64,000 nucleotides of DNA, taken from a virus. Lineage: Duplodnaviria; Heunggongvirae; Uroviricota; Caudoviricetes. Of the stretch, positions 1-9,154 are shown piece after piece (within the stretch, counting starts at the first letter, position 1; each line of letters opens with the position of its first letter). The DNA is taken from the IMG/VR virus record IMGVR_UViG_3300007169_000056; one strand, written 5' to 3'. The notes below the pieces were generated by a model that made no database searches, was not told where the DNA came from, and saw only the letters and a list, made by a program, of their open reading frames with translations. A program made the translations under genes and the position numbers.

Positions 1-28
1 GAGTGGAGTGAGTGGAGTGAGTGGGGGG
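1..28. repeat. short GAGTG-based tandem repeat followed by a G-run, truncated by the window edge
   Basis: gagtggagtga occurs twice in tandem then gtgggggg; read directly. Confidence 0.5.
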
Positions 29-79
29 TGGGCAGCGCAAATAACCTCTATGGGGATAGGGAGGGTTTTGTATATATTT
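27..79 (+). promoter_or_regulatory. conserved upstream module copy R1 (GGTGGGCAGCGYAAATA ... CTATRGRG ... GTATATTTAT then ATG)
   Basis: three near-identical copies at 27, 585 and 2380, each ending a few nt before an ATG. Confidence 0.6.
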
Positions 80-544
80 ATGAATAAGCATACAGAATAT
101 ATGGTAATGAATGACGAGTGGGTATTGAATAATAGTGCGTATACGTTATGTAGTTACATGGCGAATTATTTGGATATAAGGATACGGGATAGCAGTAAAG
201 ATTTGATAAGGTATAGTGGCATATTGGATTATTATGTGCGTAACGAGTATGGATATGAGTATCGTAGTAGTAGGAGAGTGAATGGTATAGTTGCGGGCAG
301 GTATATGATGGATCCATGGAACCGGGAGTTTTTGGTATTTCCGTATGAGCGTGGTATCAATATGGGTAAGCATGGATATGAGGGATATTTTAGTGATAGT
401 GTGTACAAGAACACGTATTATGGCAATGAGGTTAAGGGAGAGGTGAGTGATATTAAGCATAATGTTATGTTATTGACTACGACGGTGCATGGCAGAATGG
501 TATATTGTTTGGATATATTGGCTGGAACGTATGGTAATAGGTAA
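80..544 (+). CDS. hypothetical Tyr/Gly-rich protein
   Basis: start trimmed to the ATG right after module R1; coding strand is C-depleted. Confidence 0.35.
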   Translation: MNKHTEYMVMNDEWVLNNSAYTLCSYMANYLDIRIRDSSKDLIRYSGILDYYVRNEYGYEYRSSRRVNGIVAGRYMMDPWNREFLVFPYERGINMGKHGYEGYFSDSVYKNTYYGNEVKGEVSDIKHNVMLLTTTVHGRMVYCLDILAGTYGNR

Positions 545-584
545 ATGAGTGATTGTGTGAATACCGGGCGGATATTGTTGGTGG

Positions 585-640
585 GGTGGGCAGCGTAAAT
601 AATCTATCTATAGAGGGAGAGGAGTATATTTATAGAAAAT
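585..640 (+). promoter_or_regulatory. conserved upstream module copy R2
   Basis: GGTGGGCAGCGTAAATAATCTATCTATAGAGGGAGAGGAGTATATTTAT then ATG at 641. Confidence 0.6.
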
Positions 641-1375
641 ATGAGATATCGTGATTTTTTTGAGGAGACTAGTATGAGCGTCGATCTTTTGGAGAGTGTG
701 AATGATCGAGGTATATTTAAGGCTGTATTTTTTGCGGGCATACCGGGTGCTGGCAAGAGTTATGTATTGAACAAGATAAGTGATGGAGGGATAATGCCTA
801 GGGTGGTGAATACGGATATTTATACGGAGTATTTGAGCAAGAAGTTTGGCAGAGATATATCTGGTGAGTTTGACGTGCATGTGGATATGATTAAGAAGGT
901 GACGGTCAATCAATTATCAGGGTATGTTAACGGTGCGTTGCCGTTGTTTGTGGATGGAACCAGCAATAGTGCGTCTAGTTTATTTAAGAGAGAAGGAATA
1001 TTGAAGTCATTTGGTTATGATACTGGCATGGTATATATTGACACTGATTTGGATGTTGCTATAGAGAGGAGTAAGGAGAGAGATCGTAAGGTACCGGAGG
1101 AGTTTATACGTAAGGTATATGAGTCATTGAGTAAAAACCGTGAGTATTATAAGAATCATTTTGAGTTTTTTGTGGAGGTAAAGAATTCGGATGGTGAATT
1201 GACTGACAAGGTGGTGATGGATGCGTATAAAAAGGTTAGAGGATTTTATAGTTCGGATATACAGAATCCTATTGGCATTGAGAGCAAGAATAAGATGGTG
1301 AATGGATATTTGGTACCGTCTGTGTATAGAGACATAAGTTCTATAGTGCGTGCTGTTCGTGGGTGGTACAACTAA
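641..1375 (+). CDS. P-loop NTPase, putative nucleotide or polynucleotide kinase
   Basis: Walker A FFAGIPGAGKSYV near the N-terminus; 244 aa. Confidence 0.5.
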   Translation: MRYRDFFEETSMSVDLLESVNDRGIFKAVFFAGIPGAGKSYVLNKISDGGIMPRVVNTDIYTEYLSKKFGRDISGEFDVHVDMIKKVTVNQLSGYVNGALPLFVDGTSNSASSLFKREGILKSFGYDTGMVYIDTDLDVAIERSKERDRKVPEEFIRKVYESLSKNREYYKNHFEFFVEVKNSDGELTDKVVMDAYKKVRGFYSSDIQNPIGIESKNKMVNGYLVPSVYRDISSIVRAVRGWYN

Positions 1376-1380
1376 AATGT

Positions 1381-2334
1381 TTATTTGTAGAAGTCTTTAT
1401 AATTGACGCGTTCGTTTATGTCATCTTGTTTGGTTCGTACAAGGTAGCATAAAGAGTCTGTCCATAGTTCGTATATTTTTGGATCGGACATGAGTGTTTT
1501 TGCTTGAGACACGTCCATCAGTTGAATATCATTTTTAGTTGGATTGAACAAGTCGTCTAGGATATTGAGTATGCGTCCCTGAGTTTCTAACAAAAGCAAA
1601 AAGGTGGACATAAAAGACTGTTCACCAAATGTGTATGGCAAAACGATATGATGGCGATATGAAATGTCGTTTCCGTACAAATACAAGAGAGGTTGTATAT
1701 ATTGTTTATAATCAGTGTTGTTGATTTTTTGTAAAAACTCTAATGTTCGTGGCACATCTTTGTAGAAACCGTCGCTTGAAGGCAGTGAAGTCATTAGTAA
1801 ATTTGACATATCGACGATCCATTCTTTTAATTGTGGTATGTTATTGGTGTCATATATATTTTTCAGTTCATTAAGGTGTGGATGTGTAGTGTATAGTACA
1901 TTTAGTCCCCGTGCTAGATTTGAAACGAGTGATGTTGTATCGTATAATTCGAAAACTCTAAATGCGTATGTAAATTTTATGAAATCGTTTTTAATTTCCG
2001 CGACTGCTATTTTTGCGTAGTTTGAAGGAAAAACTTGAAAAGTGTGTGTTCCGTATAATTCTGTGTATGATTTGTTGTTGGAAAATATGATGCTTTTGCT
2101 TCTGGATGGATAATTTTTGTAACTTGGAAGATTATCCATCAGAACGTAGTATAAGTTGTTTGTGTCTTTTGAGGTGCGTGTAAGTTTTTGTGGGTTAATA
2201 AACAAACTATTTTCTGTATATTTTGCACCTCTATAACCGTGAAATCCATCTGGATATGTTTTTGAGAAATGTTTATCCAAAGTAGATTGAATTTTGTCCG
2301 GCGGCATTTTTACAGTTCTAAGGCTATGTTTCAT
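1381..2334 (-). CDS. hypothetical protein, only minus-strand gene in the left 11 kb
   Basis: maximal ORF reaches 2436 but would overlap module R3; internal Met (MKHSLRT) taken as start. Confidence 0.4.
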   Translation of the reverse strand: MKHSLRTVKMPPDKIQSTLDKHFSKTYPDGFHGYRGAKYTENSLFINPQKLTRTSKDTNNLYYVLMDNLPSYKNYPSRSKSIIFSNNKSYTELYGTHTFQVFPSNYAKIAVAEIKNDFIKFTYAFRVFELYDTTSLVSNLARGLNVLYTTHPHLNELKNIYDTNNIPQLKEWIVDMSNLLMTSLPSSDGFYKDVPRTLEFLQKINNTDYKQYIQPLLYLYGNDISYRHHIVLPYTFGEQSFMSTFLLLLETQGRILNILDDLFNPTKNDIQLMDVSQAKTLMSDPKIYELWTDSLCYLVRTKQDDINERVNYKDFYK

Positions 2335-2379
2335 GTGATATAAATACAAAATGGTTAGATATATATGTATTTTTTTGGT

Positions 2380-2436
2380 GGTGGGCAGCGTAAATATATA
2401 GGCACTATGGGTATATGGGGTATATTTATTTTGCAT
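2380..2436 (+). promoter_or_regulatory. conserved upstream module copy R3
   Basis: GGTGGGCAGCGTAAATATATAGGCACTATGGGTATATGGGGTATATTTAT then ATG at 2437. Confidence 0.6.
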
Positions 2437-3801
2437 ATGATAAAACTTGCGAATGTGGTGAATGAGATAATACCATTTGATAAGGCACCGGCGGTAAAAG
2501 CTGGATTGGTTAAGAAGTATGGCACGGGAGAGTTGGATGCTTATACGTTTGGAATAGAGTTTGAATATGAGCCATCTAGCAGTGAAGAGGTGGATGAAAA
2601 CAAGTTGCGACTTGAGTTAGAGAACAACAGTGAAGTAGATGGCAATTATAGTGAGTGGGTGGAGGAGCAGCGTCGAGATGTTAATCGTAGGATGTATAAT
2701 GATGTGAGCAGATGGGATAACAGTTATGGTCCTATAGATACAGATACGTATGACAGTTTAGTATCTGAGCCTGAACCGCGTGATTTTGAGACTGATGAAG
2801 AGTATGATAAGGCGTATGACCAGTGGAAGAGCAGTAGAGATGATGTTAAGTATGAGTATAATTATTGGTTAGGTCGGGATTTTTATGATTACCGTGATGA
2901 TTATATTAGTTGGATAATACGAAGTGGTGAGTGGGAGAGATATGTGGATCGTAGCAGTGTGGCTGACAAGTCATCTATTGAAGACAATGTGAGGGAGGCT
3001 ATGTCATATATACAGAATAATATGGGTGAGAATGTTCAGTATGGTGATGGTGGCAAGGATGTATGGGGAGTGGGTCCTGATGGAGACAACATTGAGATAC
3101 GAAGCAAGCATTTGAAGCAGAGTGAGTTTGAGTTGGTGAAGCAGATAAGTGATTATGTATCTGAGCAGAATGTTAGTGGAGGAACGAGTGCTCATGTGCA
3201 TATTGGGTTACCTGATGATTTTGATGCGTTTGATTTATTGGCGATAACGACATTGGTGGATGAGCGAGCGATCAAGAATCAAGTTGGGCCGGGGCGGGAT
3301 TTGGCATCATGGGCACAATTGAGAGACAAGTTGCATAATTCTATAGTAAACAAGTTGATAAAGACGCCGGAGAATCAGAGTACCAAAGAAAAGTCATTTG
3401 TATTGAGCAACGAGCGGTTATTTGTGTTGTTGAGTGATTTGGGTCGATATTGGGGTACCAATGTGGCTGCTATGAGAAGCAAGCGAACCATAGAGTTTAG
3501 ATATTTGGGTAGTCAGATAGCGAGTAATGTAGTGGCATTTATAAAATGGATACAGTATTATTTGTTGTTACCCAAGGTAGCGAAGAGTCGTAATAGTGTT
3601 ATATTGAAGCAGACTATAGGAATAGACAGTCAGAGTGTGACTGCGATACGTCAATCTGGGTCTGTTAAGTTTGTATTGAATATTGGTAGATATTCTACAT
3701 CTAATTTACCCGCGGCTGATTTGAAGAAGGGTACAATTGGAGTGGTTAGTCCAAAAATAGCACAAGCTAAAAAAGAAAAGATTGCAAAAATAAGTATTTG
3801 A
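2437..3801 (+). CDS. acidic hypothetical protein; N-terminus MIKLAN shared with the next two genes
   Basis: long ORF, start placed after module R3; D/E/Y-rich. Confidence 0.5.
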   Translation: MIKLANVVNEIIPFDKAPAVKAGLVKKYGTGELDAYTFGIEFEYEPSSSEEVDENKLRLELENNSEVDGNYSEWVEEQRRDVNRRMYNDVSRWDNSYGPIDTDTYDSLVSEPEPRDFETDEEYDKAYDQWKSSRDDVKYEYNYWLGRDFYDYRDDYISWIIRSGEWERYVDRSSVADKSSIEDNVREAMSYIQNNMGENVQYGDGGKDVWGVGPDGDNIEIRSKHLKQSEFELVKQISDYVSEQNVSGGTSAHVHIGLPDDFDAFDLLAITTLVDERAIKNQVGPGRDLASWAQLRDKLHNSIVNKLIKTPENQSTKEKSFVLSNERLFVLLSDLGRYWGTNVAAMRSKRTIEFRYLGSQIASNVVAFIKWIQYYLLLPKVAKSRNSVILKQTIGIDSQSVTAIRQSGSVKFVLNIGRYSTSNLPAADLKKGTIGVVSPKIAQAKKEKIAKISI

Positions 3802-3815
3802 TATTTATAACACAT

Positions 3816-5261
3816 ATGATAAAATTGAAAAATCTTCTTGCAGAAAATCCCGATACACTCAAATATGGTGGAAAACGGTATGGATATACAACTCCAGCGA
3901 ATCGGTCTGCGTTTTTTGTGTATCGTGACAAAAAAACAAACAAAACGGAGTTATTTGGTTATAGTGATATCAAAAAGGAGTTTTTTTCATCGGATCCCAG
4001 TGTTGTGGCCGAGATAAAAGAGGTGGAACAGAAAGATGGTGATAATCGTGATCATGACAAGTTGTATAATATCAATCGTTTGAGAAAAGGAAATAATGGC
4101 GGTGGGCATAGCAATTTGGAGAGTATATTGTATGATATAAAGCGTCTCGATGGTGACGCTATAAGTCGTGCTCGTATATTTGAGGTGGACGGTGAAGATG
4201 GCAAGAAGGTTATAATATGTAGTTTTTGGGATAACAAAAGTGTTGCGTTGGAATATATGGATTTTTGGAAACAGGCCATAGAGTTTAATGGATACAAACC
4301 CGAAGAGATATTGTATGAACCGTACATTAATTTGTATACATATGAACAGTTTATTGATCCAAACTATGTATCTAGACCCGACAAGGTACAAATCAGCAAA
4401 GGTGACATAGTTAAGGTTGGGGATAGAGTTGTGTATTATTACAATTCGTCTGATGCATCAGATCCATATAATCCAAGAGGTGTAATTGATAGTATTATCG
4501 ATAATGATCGTGTCACTGTTAAGTTTACCTTAGTTACCAATCCGGGTGGAAGATTTTTTGAAGGTAACATTATTGAGATATATCCTAGAGATTTGGGTGT
4601 GTGGAAAGAAACACCAAAACCAGTAGAGGTTCCGAAACCAGAACACCCGGCTAGTACGACCAATAAAGATTTTTCAGTTGGTGATATTATAAAGTTTAAG
4701 TATTTGAATTTATATGCTAAGATATTGTCTATTGAAGATGATGAAGCGTATGTTGAAATAGTGCGTACATCCAATCAAACGCCTTATGTGAGTGTAGGCG
4801 ATCGGATTTATTATAAGTTGTCTGGGTTTCACAAAGCATCCTCTACCACACCGGAGGAACCTATTGCTCCGATATTGGATAATAAAACGGATATATTTAT
4901 TGAAAAACGTGCTCAATTACATACAACGGCTGCGCGATTTACTCCACAAGAAAAGCAAAATTTGGAACGTGAAGTTGATATGTTGGAATTTGAGATCAAG
5001 AAGTTGCAGTCATTTATTGACAGTGGTATTACTACATTGAATGATGATCGTAAGAAGGAATTGGAACAATATGTCAAGGATGAGATGGCTAAAAAGCATT
5101 CTGAAAAGAAGGATAGATATAGTTTGATAGCTCAGGCTGAAAAGCAGTATGGAATGCCTATAGCACAAATACGTCAAAAGTTTCGAGGAGTACCATTGGA
5201 TCAGTTGGTTAAAAAAGAGTCATTGTATAAGAGAATGATGAAACAACAGATTATGTTGTGA
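3816..5261 (+). CDS. hypothetical protein, paralog family member 1 (MIKLKNLL N-terminus, ...MPIAQIRQKFRGVPLDQLVKK C-terminus)
   Basis: shares N- and C-terminal motifs and an ISFW motif with the 5269 gene. Confidence 0.55.
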   Translation: MIKLKNLLAENPDTLKYGGKRYGYTTPANRSAFFVYRDKKTNKTELFGYSDIKKEFFSSDPSVVAEIKEVEQKDGDNRDHDKLYNINRLRKGNNGGGHSNLESILYDIKRLDGDAISRARIFEVDGEDGKKVIICSFWDNKSVALEYMDFWKQAIEFNGYKPEEILYEPYINLYTYEQFIDPNYVSRPDKVQISKGDIVKVGDRVVYYYNSSDASDPYNPRGVIDSIIDNDRVTVKFTLVTNPGGRFFEGNIIEIYPRDLGVWKETPKPVEVPKPEHPASTTNKDFSVGDIIKFKYLNLYAKILSIEDDEAYVEIVRTSNQTPYVSVGDRIYYKLSGFHKASSTTPEEPIAPILDNKTDIFIEKRAQLHTTAARFTPQEKQNLEREVDMLEFEIKKLQSFIDSGITTLNDDRKKELEQYVKDEMAKKHSEKKDRYSLIAQAEKQYGMPIAQIRQKFRGVPLDQLVKKESLYKRMMKQQIML

Positions 5262-5268
5262 TAATTGT

Positions 5269-6342
5269 ATGATTAAACTTAAAAATTTACTTGTTGAGGG
5301 CAGCAATTTGAAATGGATTTTGGGCTATGTAGACAGCTATGGAAAGGTTCATTACAAAGTTGTTGGTAAAGATGATTCTATAGACAGTCACAATCAAATC
5401 TGGCCGGGACCAAAACATGGCAAGTGGCGGTGGATGCCTGGCAACCCTTCACATTTGAATACATATGGTGAAGAGTTGTCGTTTGAGGATGAAGATAGAA
5501 TTTGGAAGATCATAGACAAGTATAAATCGTTGAGTGAAAGTCCTGATGGTGTATATTATGGAAACAACGAATATAGTTGGTATGATGATGGGTTATATAC
5601 GTTTTTAGTATATAATGATATTGTTGACAACCAGCGATATTGGTTTGCGTGGGATTATAGTAAAAAGACCATATTGTGTGAAAACAAACAAGTTGAAAAT
5701 GAAATATTACATACGGATGATACTGTATTGACTGCTATAGAAAAAAGAAGTAGTGACGGGAATTTTTCTTATCGAAGTATATCAAGTGTTTTTAACGATC
5801 TGTTGGACAGACCAACACATCATAATTTGATAGGATTATTGAGCACACTGAAACGTTGTTACGATAGTCGTGAGTATGCTGAATGTGATGGTCGTGTATA
5901 TGGTGTGAAGGGTGAAGACAAGTATATTATTAGTTTTTGGCAAGAAGATTCGGAGATTATCAAAGATCGAAACAAGTTGGATGATTTCTTTAATAGGGTT
6001 GGTATTGATAAAAACAAAATATTGTTTCAAAGATTTGATCGTGAAAACACTGTAAACTACTATCAATTTTTTGGAACCAAACCACCGGAAATTAGTGATG
6101 TCGAACGTCAGAAACAACAGATAGCCAGAGACTTGCACATGAAAAAAGCACAGTTAGATAAGGCTATATTGGATGCGTTGCAGAGCAAACCCAAGGATAT
6201 TAACAGTTTGTATGCTGCGTTAGAAAAACAATTAAACATGCCTTTGGCTAAGATAAAGCATGTATTTAGAGGAATACCGTTGGATAAGTTAGTGGTGAAA
6301 CAGTTGAGAGAATTTGTTAGCCGGGTGGGTATAAAAAATTGA
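5269..6342 (+). CDS. hypothetical protein, paralog family member 2 (MIKLKNLL ... MPLAKIKHVFRGIPLDKLVVK)
   Basis: paralog of the 3816 gene by direct protein comparison. Confidence 0.55.
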   Translation: MIKLKNLLVEGSNLKWILGYVDSYGKVHYKVVGKDDSIDSHNQIWPGPKHGKWRWMPGNPSHLNTYGEELSFEDEDRIWKIIDKYKSLSESPDGVYYGNNEYSWYDDGLYTFLVYNDIVDNQRYWFAWDYSKKTILCENKQVENEILHTDDTVLTAIEKRSSDGNFSYRSISSVFNDLLDRPTHHNLIGLLSTLKRCYDSREYAECDGRVYGVKGEDKYIISFWQEDSEIIKDRNKLDDFFNRVGIDKNKILFQRFDRENTVNYYQFFGTKPPEISDVERQKQQIARDLHMKKAQLDKAILDALQSKPKDINSLYAALEKQLNMPLAKIKHVFRGIPLDKLVVKQLREFVSRVGIKN

Positions 6343-6370
6343 CCCTCTATAGTGTGTGTGGTATGTTTGA

Positions 6371-6646
6371 TTGGATATGAACAAATCCGAGTATTACGGC
6401 ATTATATTTACAATATTGTTTAATATTGGTCCATTGTTTCAACTGTGGGCAATTTTCAAACATAAAAGTAGTTACAATGTTAGTATTGTCATGTGGGTAT
6501 TGGGCTTCATAGGTCAGATATTTGTATTGTTGTATTTGACCGAAAACAACGTCACTGGAATATTCAACTATATCAATAGTGGAATTGGATTATTATTGAA
6601 TATGATTATTACGGTGATGATTTTGGTATATCGTAACAAAAAATAA
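6371..6646 (+). CDS. small 3-TM membrane protein, PQ-loop / SemiSWEET-like
   Basis: 91 aa, three hydrophobic helices, GPLFQLWAIFKHKS resembles the LPQ..K.KS PQ-loop motif. Confidence 0.35.
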   Translation: MDMNKSEYYGIIFTILFNIGPLFQLWAIFKHKSSYNVSIVMWVLGFIGQIFVLLYLTENNVTGIFNYINSGIGLLLNMIITVMILVYRNKK

Positions 6647-6651
6647 GTTTA

Positions 6652-7053
6652 TTGTCTATGTTTCAACCGCATCATTTTGAGAAGTATTTTATAAACGATG
6701 GATTGTTTGTGCGTAAAAGTCACAAAGGGGGATTGGGAGTATTTACGTCAAATGACTTGGATCAGAACATAATTGTAGAATACAATCCATTTAGTAGTTT
6801 TATTAGATATGCATGGAAGGATGTGCCAGAACCTCTGAGAAAGATTGTATTTGCTCATCCTATAGGCAGTGACAGTTATGTTATTGGATTGGGATATTTG
6901 AGTTTATACAATCACGATGACGACAACAACTGTGTGTGGTCAACTGTGGATGAAGGTATTTACATTTATACCAGGCGAAAAATACAAGCTGGCGAAGAGT
7001 TGTATATTCACTATGGAGATGGTTATTGGAGCAACGGTTGGGAAAAACTATAA
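6652..7053 (+). CDS. SET-domain protein (putative protein lysine methyltransferase)
   Basis: NHDDDNNC resembles NHSCxPN and AGEELYIHYGDGYW resembles the GEELtxDYg SET C-terminal motif. Confidence 0.4.
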   Translation: MSMFQPHHFEKYFINDGLFVRKSHKGGLGVFTSNDLDQNIIVEYNPFSSFIRYAWKDVPEPLRKIVFAHPIGSDSYVIGLGYLSLYNHDDDNNCVWSTVDEGIYIYTRRKIQAGEELYIHYGDGYWSNGWEKL

Positions 7054-7056
7054 GTG

Positions 7057-7088
7057 TAGTGTTTCATATCCGTAACACTCTTTTTTAT
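7057..7088 (+). terminator. putative rho-independent terminator
   Basis: agtgtttcatatccgtaacact hairpin followed by a T-run. Confidence 0.45.
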
Positions 7089-7098
7089 ACTTATATCT

Positions 7099-7833
7099 AT
7101 GAAAGTAAGATCATTATTTTTAAGTGACGTACATTTGGGTGGTGATTATTGTAACCACGAAAAATTGCTTGAGTTGATAAGTGTAATTGAGTGTGAAAAC
7201 CTGTATATTGTTGGTGATTTTATTGATGGTTGGGTGTTGAAACGGAGAATGAAATGGCATTCTAACTATAACACTGTAATTCAAAAAATACTAAGAATGA
7301 GTCGTAAAGGTGTTAATGTTGTGTATTTATGGGGCAACCACGATGATTTTCTGGAACCATTTGATGGTGCTTATTTTGGAAGTAATATTTCTATAGTTCG
7401 TGAGACGGTACACATTACACTAAAAAATGAACGTATACTTATACTTCACGGTGATCAATTTGATGGAATTGTTACAAAAAACAAGTGGATACAAAAAATA
7501 GGAGCTGTAATATATGATTACAGTTTACATTTGAATAAACTTTTTCGTGTATTTAAGTTCAGCTTTAGCAACTTTCTAAAACAAAAAGCAAAAGAAGCTG
7601 TAAAATATATTTCTAGTTATGAGGACACAATGATTATGTACTGTATTAATCATGGGTATGACTCTGTACTATGTGGTCACATACACAAACCTGAATTGAA
7701 AAATATAGAAGGTGTAAACTATTACAATACAGGTGATTGGGTTGAGAACAACACTTTTGTTGTTGAAACATTAGATGGTGATATTAAATTATTAACGTAT
7801 GAAGATTTTATTCGGAGTTCAAACAGAGGGTAA
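7099..7833 (+). CDS. LpxH-like calcineurin-family metallophosphoesterase (UDP-2,3-diacylglucosamine hydrolase family)
   Basis: LFLSDVHLGGD, IVGDFIDGWV and WGNHDDF metallophosphoesterase motifs; N-terminus aligns with LpxH. Confidence 0.6.
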   Translation: MKVRSLFLSDVHLGGDYCNHEKLLELISVIECENLYIVGDFIDGWVLKRRMKWHSNYNTVIQKILRMSRKGVNVVYLWGNHDDFLEPFDGAYFGSNISIVRETVHITLKNERILILHGDQFDGIVTKNKWIQKIGAVIYDYSLHLNKLFRVFKFSFSNFLKQKAKEAVKYISSYEDTMIMYCINHGYDSVLCGHIHKPELKNIEGVNYYNTGDWVENNTFVVETLDGDIKLLTYEDFIRSSNRG

Positions 7834-8827
7834 CGGACATATAACACAATCGATTGCCGTAAAACAATATCTTGAATCCAAGGGATATAAGATCGGCTGC
7901 GCATTTGCTGCTAAAAAGAAAAAAGGTTTGTCACAATATTTCAAACAAGAATTCGAAGTGATAGAATATGAAGGATTTGATTTTGTATTTGGCAAAGACG
8001 GGAGGGTGATTATATGGAAAACATTTTTGAAAAATATATATGAGTTACCAAGACTTGCAAGTTCATTCATAAAAATATGTGACCGAATACGAAAAGAAAA
8101 ACCAGACGTTATATTTAATTACTACGAACCGTTGGTTGGATTGACTGCAATATTTTTCCCACGCATCAAATATGTTAGTATTGGTCATCAATATTCTATG
8201 TATTCACACATGTATCCTCGTATAGATGGATACTATGTACAAAAACTATTTCTAGCCATCATAAATTGGGTGACAAGTATTCGGGCAAAAATTGTAGCGT
8301 TGAGTTACTATAAATTTGTTGACTCAAAAATGATTGTGAGTCCACCAATACTTCGGCGTGAAAGTTATGAGATAGCAGATTACAAGATGGAAGATTTTGT
8401 TCTTGTATATCTAATGAATGAAGACATGTTACCACAGTTGATTGAAGAGTCAAAAAATCATCCAGAACTTCAAATACAATGTTTTACTAAATTGACTAAA
8501 CAACACATCGTTCCATCCAACTTACATTTGTACAACTTAGATTCTAAGTTGTTTCAGGAAAAAATGAAAGTTTGTAAAGCCGTGGTATGTAGTGGGGGTT
8601 TTGAAACCAGTTCAGAAGCTATATATCAAAACAAGCCATTGTTGATGGTACCTATGCCAAATCATTATGAACAACATGCAAATTGTGCTGATGCAAATTC
8701 ATATGGTTTGGCAGAGACCAATGAAACAATTGATTTATCTAAAATACCAACAACACAATGTGGAAACAAAGCATGGTTTGATGAATATAAAAAAGTTTTG
8801 GATAGACTTCTTGATTATTTGAATTGA
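7799..8827 (+). CDS. GT-B fold glycosyltransferase (MurG / UDP-glycosyltransferase-like)
   Basis: C-terminal VVCSGGFETSSEAIYQNKPLLMVPMPNHYEQHANCADANSYGLAE matches the GT-B sugar-nucleotide binding region. Confidence 0.55.
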   Translation: MKILFGVQTEGNGHITQSIAVKQYLESKGYKIGCAFAAKKKKGLSQYFKQEFEVIEYEGFDFVFGKDGRVIIWKTFLKNIYELPRLASSFIKICDRIRKEKPDVIFNYYEPLVGLTAIFFPRIKYVSIGHQYSMYSHMYPRIDGYYVQKLFLAIINWVTSIRAKIVALSYYKFVDSKMIVSPPILRRESYEIADYKMEDFVLVYLMNEDMLPQLIEESKNHPELQIQCFTKLTKQHIVPSNLHLYNLDSKLFQEKMKVCKAVVCSGGFETSSEAIYQNKPLLMVPMPNHYEQHANCADANSYGLAETNETIDLSKIPTTQCGNKAWFDEYKKVLDRLLDYLN

Positions 8828-8833
8828 CACAAT

Positions 8834-9154
8834 ATGGTAGGACTAAAGAATAGAGTTTATTTTGATCACATTTATTTGGAACAAGACGATTTGGAACGAT
8901 ATTATTGTACCATTCGTGATAACCAACAAAATGTTGTGGGGTGGTGTAAGTATTATAAACCCACCCTAGAGTATGAGGGTGTATGTATCGAATACATTAG
9001 TATAAATGATGAGTTTCAGAGAAAAGGTTATGGAACATTGACGGTAAAAGAATTGAGTCGCAAATATGGCAGACTCATATGGGATTATAGGTTTACAAAT
9101 GTTGGGCGTCAGTGGTTCGAATCGTTGATAAAAAAGGGTATAGTTTCAGCATAA
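8834..9154 (+). CDS. GNAT-family N-acetyltransferase
   Basis: acetyl-CoA motif A: FQRKGYGTLTVKEL (Q/RxxGxG/A). Confidence 0.45.
   Translation: MVGLKNRVYFDHIYLEQDDLERYYCTIRDNQQNVVGWCKYYKPTLEYEGVCIEYISINDEFQRKGYGTLTVKELSRKYGRLIWDYRFTNVGRQWFESLIKKGIVSA

Noticed and set aside
8-79. ORF-track start at position 8 for the first gene
   Set aside because: It would translate the conserved upstream module R1. Start moved to the ATG at 80 that occupies the same position relative to the module as the ATGs at 641 and 2437.
641-1375. T4 Pnk-like polynucleotide kinase-phosphatase
   Set aside because: The Walker A is present, but I could not find the DxDxT phosphatase motif. Left as a generic P-loop kinase.
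1381-2334. ADP-ribosyltransferase (Alt/Mod-like R-S-E triad) for the lone minus-strand early gene
   Set aside because: Candidate R, S-x-S and Q/E-x-E positions are too loosely spaced and unconvincing.
27-2436. Interpreting the repeated upstream modules as T7-type single-subunit RNA polymerase promoters
   Set aside because: Only a short CTATAGRG resemblance. No RNA polymerase gene in this window and the element is longer than 23 bp. Kept as a finding but the T7-type assignment itself is unsupported.
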